From an uncultured Chloroflexia bacterium (GTDB taxonomy: Bacteria; Chloroflexota; Limnocylindria; Limnocylindrales; CSP1-4), in NCBI GenBank assembly GCA_963706095.1, contig OY970149.1:832173-896172 (forward strand): DNA of 64,000 bases. Direction: 5' to 3'. Position numbers and translations under genes: made by a program. This document shows positions 27,942 to 36,948 of the stretch, piece by piece; the stretch's first letter is position 1, and each line of letters starts with the position of its first letter. The notes beneath the pieces are model-generated. The model did no database searches, was not told the origin of the DNA, and saw only the letters and a list, made by a program, of their open reading frames with translations.

Positions 27942-28883
27942 TCAGACGCCGATCGGGTGCCAGACCGTCTTGATCTCGAGGTACGTCGCGATCCATTCGG
28001 GCCGCTGCGCGCGGCGGTCGTCGAGCCAGTCGAAGCGCTCGTCGGCGTCGCGTGGCGGGCGGGCGACGCGCTTGACGCTGTCGATGGCGGACTCCTCGAC
28101 CTGTGCGCGCATGTCGCGCGGCACGCCCCAGGTGTCGATGGCGTTGACGTCCATGTGCGCCGCCAGGATCGGGTACGAGCTCGCGTCGCAGGCCGGTCAG
28201 GATGTTGATCACGCCGGCCGGAACGTCCGACGTGGCCAGCACCTCGCTCAGGGTCACCGCCGGCAGCGGCCGCGTCTCCGACGCGAGCACGACCACGGCA
28301 TTGCCGCCAACCACGGCCGGTGCCACGCGCGAGACGAGTCCCAGGAGCGAGGAAGTCTCCGGCGCGACGATGCCAACCACGCCGGTCGGCTCGGGGATGC
28401 TGAAGTTGAAGTACGGCGCGCCGACCGGGTTCACGGTGCCCAGCACCTGGGTGATCTTGTCAGCCCAGCCGGCGTACCAGACCCAGCGGTCTATCGCCCG
28501 ATCGACGACGGTGCGATGCGGCCTCTGTCGGATAGCCCCTCGGCCGCGGCGACCTCGTCCACGAATTGCGCGCGGCGTCCTTCCATCAGCTCGGCGACCC
28601 GGTACAGCACCTGGCCGCGGTTCATGGCGGTCTTGCCCGCCCAGCCGGCAGCCGCGCCACGCGCCGTGCGCACCGCGTCGCGCAGGTCCTTGCGCGACGA
28701 GCGGACGGCATTGGCGAGCGGCGCGCCGTCCGGCGCGCGGACGACGTAGCTGCGTCCCGATTCCGAGCGCGGGAACTGGCCACCGACGTACAGCTTGTAC
28801 GTCTTGCGCACGGGTATGCGCGCCGCCGTCGCGGGCTGCGCGGGCTTGACCGGCTGCAGCGCGCGCGACTTATTCGTTGCCAT
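27942..28883 (-). pseudogene. Aldehyde-dehydrogenase-like protein lacking the catalytic domain (about 314 aa); two frame changes near 28515 and 28170
   Basis: MATNKS...KTYKLYVGGQFPRSESGRSY, AIDRWVWYAGWADK, VVGIVAPE, VINILTG, then ...AIDSVKRV goes directly to an ALDH-like C-terminal tail EWIATYLEIKTVWHPIGV. I saw no ELGGK or catalytic Cys segment in any frame. Confidence 0.55.
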
Positions 28884-29208
28884 GCTGCCTGGTTTCCGGG
28901 CGCTCGAGCAGCAACGTGTACGCCGGTCCGTCGGCAGCCACGGGACGGTGCTCAGTGCCAGCGCGGACCACGTACAGGTCGCCGGCCGAGAGCGCGACCG
29001 GCTCGCCGCCCTCGAGCTCGATCTCGAAAGAGCCGCTCCAGCACAGGAAGAGCTCGTCCTCGTCGTGGTGATGCCACGGAAATTCGCCGTCGAGGCGCGC
29101 CAGCCGAACGATCGCGTCGTTCGCGAGCACCAGGTCCTGCGGCTGCCATGGCTCGGTCAGTGCCGCTGCGGCATCGGTGATGGAGATGGCGTGCTCGAGC
29201 TGAGGCAT
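28870..29208 (-). CDS. Cupin domain protein
   Basis: Internal Met MPQLEH... [26 protein letters not shown]...[15 protein letters not shown] (two-motif cupin signature). Confidence 0.7.
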   Translation of the reverse strand: MPQLEHAISITDAAAALTEPWQPQDLVLANDAIVRLARLDGEFPWHHHDEDELFLCWSGSFEIELEGGEPVALSAGDLYVVRAGTEHRPVAADGPAYTLLLERPETRQHGNE

Positions 29209-29224
29209 CAGCTGTCGTCGTCCA

Positions 29225-30796
29225 TCAGTGGCCGTCGCCCGTGTCGAGGTACGCCAGCAGGCCGGGCACGCCGCCCTCGCGGCCGAAGCCCGACTCCTTG
29301 TAGCCACCGAAGGGCGAGGTGGGGTCGAAGCGGTTGAACGTGTTGGCCCACACGACGCCGGCACGCAGCTTGCTGACCATGTGCAGGATGCGGCTGCCCT
29401 TCTCGGTCCAGACGCCCGCGGACAGGCCGTAGGCGGTGTTGTTGGCCTTCTCGATCGCCTCGGCCGGCGTGCGGAAGGTCAGCACCGACAGGACCGGCCC
29501 GAAGATCTCCTCCTGGGCGATGCGGCTCGACTGGCTGACGTTGGTGAACAGCGTCGGTCGGAAGAACCAGCCGCGCGCCGGCAGGTCGCAGGCTGGCTGG
29601 TACATCTCGGCGCCCTCGGCCTGGCCGGCCTCGACCAGCTCCTCGATCTTGGCCAGCTGGGCGGCGTTGTTGATCGCGCCGACGTCGGTGTTCTTGTCGA
29701 GCGGGTCGCCAACGCGTAGCGTCGACAGACGGTCCTTGAGGCGCTCGACGAAGGGCTCGACGATCGATTCCTGGACGAACAGCCGGCTGCCAGCGCAGCA
29801 CACCTCGCCCTGGTTGAAGAAGATGCCGTTGACCACGCCCTCGATGGCCTGGTCGATCGGCGCGTCGTCGAAGATGATGTTGGCCGCCTTGCCGCCCAGC
29901 TCGAGCGTCAGCGCCTTGTCGCTGCCGGCGACGGCACGGCCGATCTGCTTGCCCACCGCGGTCGAGCCGGTGAAGGCGACCTTGTCCACGTCTGGATGCT
30001 TTACCAGCGCCAGGCCGATCTCGCCGGGGCCGGTGATGATGTTGACGACGCCCGGCGGCAGGTCGGCCTGGCGGCACACGTCGGCAAAGAAGAGCGCGCT
30101 CAGGGGCGTCGAGCTGGCCGGCTTGAGCACCACCGTGTTGCCCGCGGCCAGTGCCGGCGCGATCTTCCAGGCGAGCATCAGCAGCGGGAAGTTCCAGGGG
30201 ATGACCTGCGCGGCGACGCCGAGCGGTTGCGGGTCGCGGTTCGGGAACGCGTACTCGAGCTTGTCCGCCCAGCCCGCGTAGTACCAGAAGTGGGCCGCGG
30301 CGAGCGGCACGTCGACGTCGCGCGACTCCTTGATGGGCTTGCCGCCGTCGAGCGACTCGAGGACAGCGAACTCGCGGCTGCGCTCCTGCAGGATGCGCGC
30401 GATGCGGAACAGGTACTTGGCACGCTCGCTGCCGGGAAGCTTCGCCCCACTCGCGACGGAACGCCCGGCGCGCGGCGCCGACGGCCTGGTCGACGTCCTC
30501 GACAGTGGCGCGCGCGATCTCGGCGAGTGGCTCCTCGGTTGCCGGATCGACGGTCGTGAACCACTGGCCGCCGCGCGGCGCCGACTTCCTTGCCATCGAT
30601 GAACAGTCCGTAGCGTGACTTGAGCTGGACGATGTCGCGCGCTTCGGGCGCCGGACGCGTACTCCCACGGAACCTGCTGGCCGTCGCCGAGCGCCCAGCT
30701 GTTGGGCGAGGGCGTGCCCCGCCCGACATCTGCCGATCGCGCCCGTGGCGTCAGGGCGCGCTCCTCGGATACCTCGACTGACTTGCGTCGTGCCAT
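29225..30796 (-). pseudogene. NAD(P)-dependent aldehyde dehydrogenase; three +1 shifts in the N-terminal about 130 codons
   Basis: The body is intact: VIPWNFPLLM, FTGSTAVGK, LELGGKAANIIF, EVCCAGSR, EEIFGPV. N-terminal pieces WEYA / PEARDIVQLKSRYGLFIDG / GGQWFTTVDPATEEPLAEIARATVEDVDQAV lie in three successive frames (ORFs ending 30796, 30729, 30668). Confidence 0.8.
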
Positions 30797-30833
30797 CGCG
30801 GACAGGCTACACCCGTGACGCGACCATTGCTAC

Positions 30834-30849
30834 GTGACCGTTTGGTCAC
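30834..30849. promoter_or_regulatory. Palindrome GTGACCgtttGGTCAC (candidate operator, copy 1)
   Basis: Seen directly in the 38-nt divergent gap between the ALDH start (30796) and the methyltransferase ORF. Same 6-4-6 palindrome plus AT as at 33384 and 38015. Confidence 0.5.
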
Positions 30850-31634
30850 ATAATCGAATGGCATCCGGTGGCGGCACCGTGCGCTGCGCTACGCTTGCGG
30901 GCATGCGCCGCCTGGCCGCTGCCACCGAGCTCCTTGACGGACCACTCGATGCACGTCTGCTCGCCGGCAACCTGCGCGATCTTGCGCGCGTGAACGCGTG
31001 GCTCGGCGGGAACGCGCTGTCCTGGCGAGCCGTAGAACCGCTCCTGGATGAAGGTGACGAGGGAGTGCTGCGGCTTTTGGATGTTGGCACCGGCGGCGCC
31101 GACCTGCCGCGCGACCTGATCCGTCGCGCCACGGCTCATGGTGGGCGGTTGGAAATCGTGGCGACGGACGTGCGGCCCGAGATCGTCCATCTCGCCCTCA
31201 AGACGCGCCCGCTGCCCGACGAGCTGACGATCGAGCTCGCACGGTCAGGCACCATTGATGCCGAGGACGGCGCCTTCGACGTCGCGCATGCGTCGCTGGT
31301 CCTGCACCACCTCGAGCCGGACGCTGCGCGGGCGCTGCTGCGCGAGATGGCTCGAGTGGCGCGCAGCGCGGTGATCGTCAACGACCTCGCGCGCGGCCGG
31401 CTGTGGCTGCTCGGCGCTCGGGCGCTGAGCCTTGTGGCAACACGCAACCTCTACACGCGCAACGACGCGCCCCTGTCCGTGCGCCGCGCCTACTCGATCG
31501 GCCAGCTGACACAGCTGGCCGCCCATGCCGGGCTGCGCCCCGTGGCACGCTACCGGGCCGTGCCGCCTTACCGCTTCGCGCTGGTGTTCAAGCACGATGG
31601 CCCAACACGTGGTCGTGTCAGCCACGACAGCTGA
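30834..31634 (+). CDS. Class I SAM-dependent methyltransferase
   Basis: Motif I LRLLDVGTGGADL, FDVAHASLVLHHLEP, AVIVNDL. The true start may be ATG around 30858 (MASGGG). Confidence 0.7.
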   Translation: MTVWSHNRMASGGGTVRCATLAGMRRLAAATELLDGPLDARLLAGNLRDLARVNAWLGGNALSWRAVEPLLDEGDEGVLRLLDVGTGGADLPRDLIRRATAHGGRLEIVATDVRPEIVHLALKTRPLPDELTIELARSGTIDAEDGAFDVAHASLVLHHLEPDAARALLREMARVARSAVIVNDLARGRLWLLGARALSLVATRNLYTRNDAPLSVRRAYSIGQLTQLAAHAGLRPVARYRAVPPYRFALVFKHDGPTRGRVSHDS

Positions 31635-32832
31635 CGTCGCAATCGTCGGCGGTGGACCCGCCGGCTCTGCGCTTGCCATCCGACTCGCACGCAGCGGCAT
31701 CGCAACGACGCTCATCGAGCGCCGTTCAGCGCCGACGTGGCACGCGTGTGGGGTCTTCTCGTCGCCCTTGACGCGCGGTCACCTCGCCGAACTGGGCATG
31801 TCCGCGACCGAGATTGCGGCGCTCAACCGGCCGATCGCCGCGCTCGACCTGGAAACGACCCGCGGAGTGCGGTGCCGAATCGAATATGAGTCGGGGCCGG
31901 CCTGCGGCTTCGACCGCCTCGCGCTCGAAACGACCCTGCTCGAACGCGCCCGCGCGGCGGGCGCGACGGTCATGACCGGAACAGTGGTTCGCAACGTCGA
32001 GCTATCAACCCACGAAGGCGAGCGCTCACGCCTGCAGCTCTCGTCCGTGGCCGCACACGACGCCGGGGCGTCAGAGCAGCCGAGCACGGTGACCGCCAGG
32101 CTGGTCGTCGGGGCCGATGGTTCGTCATCCGTCGTGGCGCGCGCTGCGGGTGTGTACCGCGTCCATCGGCTGCTGGACCGTTCCGGAATCACCTTTCATC
32201 GCGTCGACTCGGGCGCTCCAGACGACCACGTCCCGATGGCCGGTCGCTTCGTGTTCGACGACGGCTGGTATGTCGGCATCGCGCCCGTTCCGGCCGGCCG
32301 GGTCAACATCGGCATCGTTGTGCGCGCGGTCCGTGATCAACGGCCCGCCGAAACGGCGGAGCACGTGATCAGCTCGATCCCAGGACCAGCCGGTGGCTGG
32401 ATGACCGCGCCGACGCTCGATCGAGTGGCCGTCGCCGGCCGGCTCGAGCATCACGCCGCGCGGGTGGCCGGCCGTACGTGGCTGCTGGTGGGCGACTCAA
32501 TCGGCTTTATCGATCCCCTGACCGGCGAAGGGTTGCTGCGCGCATTCCAGAGCGCGCGGCTCGCAGCGCACTCGATCGAGCAGATGCTGCGCGGCAGCCC
32601 TGCGGCGTTGGAGGATTACGATCGCCACGTCCGCCGCAAGTTTCACGGCAAGAACATGGTCTCCTGGATGATGCAGATGTTCCTCGCCCAGCCCTTGGTC
32701 CTCGACTACGCAATCCGCAGGTTGGCGCGACGTGACGCCCTGCGCTCCGATCTGACCCTGGTGCTGACCGACCAGCAGCCTCCCAGCCGCGTGGTCAACC
32801 CAGCCTTCATTGCGCGATTGCTCGCGCCATGA
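31597..32832 (+). CDS. FAD-dependent oxidoreductase (geranylgeranyl-reductase / aromatic-hydroxylase-like)
   Basis: DVAIVGGGPAGSALAIRLARSG dinucleotide fold, GDSIGFIDPLTGEG motif. The start overlaps the methyltransferase end. Confidence 0.7.
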   Translation: MAQHVVVSATTADVAIVGGGPAGSALAIRLARSGIATTLIERRSAPTWHACGVFSSPLTRGHLAELGMSATEIAALNRPIAALDLETTRGVRCRIEYESGPACGFDRLALETTLLERARAAGATVMTGTVVRNVELSTHEGERSRLQLSSVAAHDAGASEQPSTVTARLVVGADGSSSVVARAAGVYRVHRLLDRSGITFHRVDSGAPDDHVPMAGRFVFDDGWYVGIAPVPAGRVNIGIVVRAVRDQRPAETAEHVISSIPGPAGGWMTAPTLDRVAVAGRLEHHAARVAGRTWLLVGDSIGFIDPLTGEGLLRAFQSARLAAHSIEQMLRGSPAALEDYDRHVRRKFHGKNMVSWMMQMFLAQPLVLDYAIRRLARRDALRSDLTLVLTDQQPPSRVVNPAFIARLLAP

Positions 32833-33278
32833 CTAAGGCCGAATCCCCCGCTGGGCGGGTAACGCGTGTCGCTGCCTATGCGCTCGTCGAGGACGAGACC
32901 AGGCGCGTTCTGCTGGTCCGCATCGCCGCGGGCTACCCGAGCGCGGGCCAGTGGACGCTGCCCGGCGGCGGGCTCGATTTCGGCGAAGATCCCGCCGTCG
33001 GCGCGCTGCGTGAGCTGACCGAGGAAACCGGGCTCGTCGGAGAGATCACGAGACTGGCCTTCGTCGACTCGTTCTCGCGCCCGGGCCTGCCCGAGGAGGG
33101 CGTCGCGGCGTGGCACGCGATACGAATCGTGTATCTCGTCGAGCTGACGGGCGGGTCGCTGCGCGACGAGACCGAGGAGTCGACGGATCGCGCCGACTGG
33201 TTCAGTCCCGCAGAAACAGGCAGCATTGATCTCGTGCCGCTGGCGGTCAAGGCAATCGCCCATCTCCAGGCCGAGTGA
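32829..33278 (+). CDS. Nudix hydrolase
   Basis: Nudix box GGGLDFGEDPAVGALRELTEETGL. ATGA overlap with the upstream stop. Confidence 0.8.
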   Translation: MTKAESPAGRVTRVAAYALVEDETRRVLLVRIAAGYPSAGQWTLPGGGLDFGEDPAVGALRELTEETGLVGEITRLAFVDSFSRPGLPEEGVAAWHAIRIVYLVELTGGSLRDETEESTDRADWFSPAETGSIDLVPLAVKAIAHLQAE

Positions 33279-33767
33279 GTGCACAGCACGATGGGCATAG
33301 ACATCTCTGCCCCACCGCGGGTCGTGTTCGGCCTTGCCCGCGACGTCCGCAACTGGCCGCGTATGCTGCCGCACTATCGATCAGTGACCGTTCGGTCACA
33401 TGACGGCCATGAATTGACCGCCGACATGCGCGCGGTTCGACAGTTCGGTCCCTTGCCGGTCACCGTTTCCTGGCGCAGCCGCACGTGGAGTGAGGACGCC
33501 GAAGAGCACGACCTTCGCCTGCGCTTCGTGCACGTGCGCGGCGCGACGCGCGGGATGGATGTGACCTGGCATATCACGCCGAGCGTCGACGGCTGCCGCG
33601 CGACCATCGAGCACGACTTCGAGCGCCCCCTGCCGCTCGTCGGGACGAGCCTCATCCCGCGCTTGATCGACCGCTTCTTCGTGCGCGCTATCGCCGGCCG
33701 AACGCTGGCGACCTTCAAGGAGCTCGCCGAATCGACAGAGGTCCCGGGGGCGCAGGCAAAACCATGA
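33279..33767 (+). CDS. SRPBCC (polyketide cyclase/dehydrase-like) family protein
   Basis: About 160 aa. IDISAPPRVVFGLARDVRNWPRMLPHY... is the typical START/Bet v1-like cyclase-dehydrase pattern. Confidence 0.6.
   Translation: MHSTMGIDISAPPRVVFGLARDVRNWPRMLPHYRSVTVRSHDGHELTADMRAVRQFGPLPVTVSWRSRTWSEDAEEHDLRLRFVHVRGATRGMDVTWHITPSVDGCRATIEHDFERPLPLVGTSLIPRLIDRFFVRAIAGRTLATFKELAESTEVPGAQAKP
33384..33399. promoter_or_regulatory. Palindrome GTGACCgttcGGTCAC (copy 2, intragenic)
   Basis: Seen directly inside the SRPBCC gene. It is followed by ATGAC exactly as in the copy at 38015. Confidence 0.4.
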
Positions 33768-35029
33768 GCGAAGGTCAACGCGACGTCTGGATCACCGGGC
33801 TTGGCCTGGTCACGCCGGTCGGAATCGGGCTTGACGCCTTCTGGCAGGGGCTGCAGAACGGCAAGTCGCCGGTCAGGACCATCGACCGCTTCGACCCGAC
33901 GCAATTTCGCTCGCAGGTCGCCGCACAGATAGACGACTTCGTCGCGACCGATCACATGGACTCCCGGACGGCACGCCAGACGGACCGGTTCAGCCAACTG
34001 GCGCTGGCCTGCGGAAAGCTCGCCCTGGCCGACGCGGGCCTGAACGTGGGCCAGCGCGGCTCCGCGCGGGCCGACCGGTTCGGCGTCTACATCGGCTCGG
34101 CGCTCGGCGGAATCGCCTACGCCGAGGAACAGCACGAGCGTTACCTCGGGCGCGGCATCAGATCGGTCGCGCCCAACCTGGCCCTGGCGGTCTTCGGCGG
34201 CGCCGCGCCGGCCAACATTGGAATTGCGCTGGGCCTCCACGGACCCGTCCTCTCGACCGCCAACTCGTGCGCGGCCGGCGCCGTGGCCATAGGCGAAGCG
34301 TTCCGCCTCATCCGCTCCGGCGCGGCCGACGCCGCGATCGCCGGCGGTGTCGAGGCGCCGCTCAGCCCACTCGCCTTCGGCGCGTTCGACATAATCCGAG
34401 CCTTGAGCGCCACCCACAACGACCGCCCGTCAGAGGCGTCACGTCCGTTCGATTCTGAGCGCGACGGCTTCGTGATGGGCGAGGGCGCCGGGCTGCTCGT
34501 GCTCGAAGCGGCTGAGGTTGCCCAGCGCCGTGGCGCTCGCGCGTACGCGGAGCTGCGCGGCTACGCGGCCACGAGTGACGCTCATCACATGGTCCAGCCT
34601 CGTCCCGACGGCCGCCAGGCGGCGCGCGCGGCACGTCTCGCCCTGGCAGATGGCCGAATGAAGGCGGCCGATGTCGACTACGTCAACGCCCACGCGTCGG
34701 CGACCCCGCTCGGCGACGCGATCGAGGCGCGCGCGATCGCGCGCGCTCTCGGACCACGTGCCCGCGAGGTCCCTGTGAGCGGCACGAAGGCGTACTACGG
34801 CCATCCACTGGGCGCGTCCGGCGCGATCGAGGCAGCCATTGCCGCACTCGCCATAAGCCGCGGCTGGGCGCCGGGCACGGTCAACCTCGAACGTGTCGAT
34901 GAGGCCGCCGCTGCCGCCTTGCCGGGGATCTCCCGAGAGCCGTTTGTTGGCGCGATCGGCGGCGTGCTCTCGACCTCGTTCGGCTTCGGTGGCCTGAATG
35001 CGGCGCTCGCACTGAGCGCCGTCAGGTGA
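33764..35029 (+). CDS. Beta-ketoacyl synthase, KAS I/II (FabF-like) type
   Basis: DVWITGLGLVTPVG, active-site STANSCAAG, SDAHH and NAHASAT His motifs, GFGGLNA C-terminus. ATGA overlap with SRPBCC. Confidence 0.8.
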   Translation: MSEGQRDVWITGLGLVTPVGIGLDAFWQGLQNGKSPVRTIDRFDPTQFRSQVAAQIDDFVATDHMDSRTARQTDRFSQLALACGKLALADAGLNVGQRGSARADRFGVYIGSALGGIAYAEEQHERYLGRGIRSVAPNLALAVFGGAAPANIGIALGLHGPVLSTANSCAAGAVAIGEAFRLIRSGAADAAIAGGVEAPLSPLAFGAFDIIRALSATHNDRPSEASRPFDSERDGFVMGEGAGLLVLEAAEVAQRRGARAYAELRGYAATSDAHHMVQPRPDGRQAARAARLALADGRMKAADVDYVNAHASATPLGDAIEARAIARALGPRAREVPVSGTKAYYGHPLGASGAIEAAIAALAISRGWAPGTVNLERVDEAAAAALPGISREPFVGAIGGVLSTSFGFGGLNAALALSAVR

Positions 35030-35574
35030 CGCCGACTCGCGACGGGCTGCCCTTCGACGGCCAGGTGGTGCGCCTGCGTGACGTGACCCTCGATGACGCG
35101 GATCTGGTCGACCGCTGGAACGCCGAGCTCGAGCCGGGCAGCTTCAACGACTTCGGGCAACGCGGCCCGATCGCGCGCGAGCCCCTGGTAGCGGGCAAGC
35201 CGCTGCGCAACGAGCACAACGGCTCGCTCATGATCGAACGCATCGCGGACGGAACGCCGGTCGGCACGATCGCCTACCGCAAGGTGATGTTCGGGCCGCC
35301 GCCAGATTCGGACGCGTGGCAGATCGGCATCGACCTGCCACCAGAGGCGCGCGGCCGGGGCTACGGTGGCGAGGCGCAGCGGCTGCTGGCAGACTGGCTC
35401 TTCGCCACGACTCCGGTCAATCGCGTTGAGGCCGCGACCGACATCGACAACGTGCCCGAGCAGCGCGCGCTCGAAAAGGCCGGCTACGTGCGCGAAGGAG
35501 TGCTGCGCGGATCGCAGTTCCGGGCCGGCGCCTACCACGACCTCGTCTACTACTCGAGGTTGCGCAGTGACTGA
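35026..35574 (+). CDS. GNAT family N-acetyltransferase (RimJ/RimL-like)
   Basis: VRLRDVTLDDADLV..W, RGRGYGGEA, NVPEQRALEKAGYVREG. GTGA overlap with the KS stop. Confidence 0.75.
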   Translation: MTPTRDGLPFDGQVVRLRDVTLDDADLVDRWNAELEPGSFNDFGQRGPIAREPLVAGKPLRNEHNGSLMIERIADGTPVGTIAYRKVMFGPPPDSDAWQIGIDLPPEARGRGYGGEAQRLLADWLFATTPVNRVEAATDIDNVPEQRALEKAGYVREGVLRGSQFRAGAYHDLVYYSRLRSD

Positions 35575-35605
35575 GGCCATCCGCAAACACCGACGGGTGG
35601 GGCGG

Positions 35606-36073
35606 ATGAGTGCGATCGGACTGAGCGTTTTGGTGGGGGTCTTCGTGCTGGCGTGTGGCGCGGCTCCGACCGAATCCCAGGCCCCGGTGCCCTTGGCGTC
35701 GGCGACGTCGCCTGAGGACCAGCTGCAGCAGCGAGCGGACGCCGCGGCAGGCGTCCTCACGGCGCGCGACTGGCTCGCGTACGCCCAGCTCGCAAGCTCG
35801 AGCCTTCTCGAGGGATGCCCTGCCGATCGTCTCGCGACGCTTGTTGCGATGGAGCGGCTGTCGCTTCGCTCCCTGCTGGACATCGGCGATGAGGTGGCTT
35901 TGACCGTTCGCGTTGAGGACGTCGAGACCACAGATGTCGATGGCACCGTGACACTGGTCCTGGTAGCCGACGGCGAGTCCCTGGACGGCACGGCGAGCAC
36001 GGATCGCTGGATCACGGATGGCGGCGAATGGCGCCTTGACGACGACAGCTGGCGGGAGGCCTGTTCAGCTTGA
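35606..36073 (+). CDS. Lipoprotein, unknown function
   Basis: MSAIGLSVLVGVFVLAC lipobox (alternative GTG 35567), about 130-aa mature domain. Confidence 0.5.
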   Translation: MSAIGLSVLVGVFVLACGAAPTESQAPVPLASATSPEDQLQQRADAAAGVLTARDWLAYAQLASSSLLEGCPADRLATLVAMERLSLRSLLDIGDEVALTVRVEDVETTDVDGTVTLVLVADGESLDGTASTDRWITDGGEWRLDDDSWREACSA

Positions 36074-36942
36074 GCGCCAGGCGTCGCTCGCCCTTCCTTG
36101 AGGCCACGCTGATCGGATTGCTGCTGGCCGTCGGGCTGCCGTCCGCCGCAATAGCGCAGGGCTCGCTCGAGAACGGCGAGTTCATGCGCCAGGTTGTCAA
36201 CGCGCAAGTTCGCGAGACGAGCGACGATCCGATCGCAGACTACGACGCCAAGATCGCTGCGGTGGAGGGTCTGAGTCCGCACAACGAACAGCAATATCGT
36301 CTTCAGCAGCTGACCTTGATGTCGCTCAACTGGTACCGCGCGAACGAGATCTGCGTGGCCCTCTACAAGTCAGCCGAGAGCATCGCCGACGTCGCGCGCT
36401 GGCTGGCGTGCGTGACGCCCGTGAATGCGGGCATCCTCGTGCTGGCCGGTGAGATTCGCGACCAGCAGATCGAGATGGTGGCGAGCGCTCAGCCGGGTGA
36501 CGCTGGATACGCGCCGCCACAGGGCCGCTTCCAGAGCGGCCTGGACATTGCCAACGGCGATGACTACGCAAAGGTGGTCGAAACGATCCAAACGGTCGAC
36601 GAAGGGTTGGAGTCGGTGACGGATGTCCGCGAGGGGCTGCAGGCGCTTGCAGACGGCGGAGGTCCGCGGCAGCTCGTGGCGAACATGCTCGCCGCCGATG
36701 GCAGCGAGGTTCAGATTGCCGTCGGCGAGGTCGAGCTCGGTGTCAGCGAAGCGGGATTCAGTCTCCAGGCAGACGGCCAGGCCATCGCCGACGGGTTGGT
36801 TGGGCTGGCCGAGTCGTCCGGGCAGCCGCTCGATCAGGTCGAGCTGGAGATCACGATCACGCAGCCAGTCGGTGACGGTGCCGTCGAACTCAGTGCCAGC
36901 GAGATGCTGCAGATCCCCTTGGGGCCGGGATCGCCCGAATAG
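36070..36942 (+). CDS. Secreted hypothetical protein
   Basis: Signal peptide ...LLLAVGLPSAAIAQG. Acidic, helical-looking body. The start overlaps the upstream stop. Confidence 0.45.
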   Translation: MSARRRSPFLEATLIGLLLAVGLPSAAIAQGSLENGEFMRQVVNAQVRETSDDPIADYDAKIAAVEGLSPHNEQQYRLQQLTLMSLNWYRANEICVALYKSAESIADVARWLACVTPVNAGILVLAGEIRDQQIEMVASAQPGDAGYAPPQGRFQSGLDIANGDDYAKVVETIQTVDEGLESVTDVREGLQALADGGGPRQLVANMLAADGSEVQIAVGEVELGVSEAGFSLQADGQAIADGLVGLAESSGQPLDQVELEITITQPVGDGAVELSASEMLQIPLGPGSPE

Positions 36943-36948
36943 GGATGG

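Noticed and set aside
33400-33417. Mini-ORF ATG ACG GCC ATG AAT TGA directly after palindrome copy 2. It mimics the ATGAC start context of the ArsR-family gene.
   Set aside because: It is five codons long, lies in a different frame inside the SRPBCC gene and has no RBS. The shared ATGAC is more likely part of the DNA motif.
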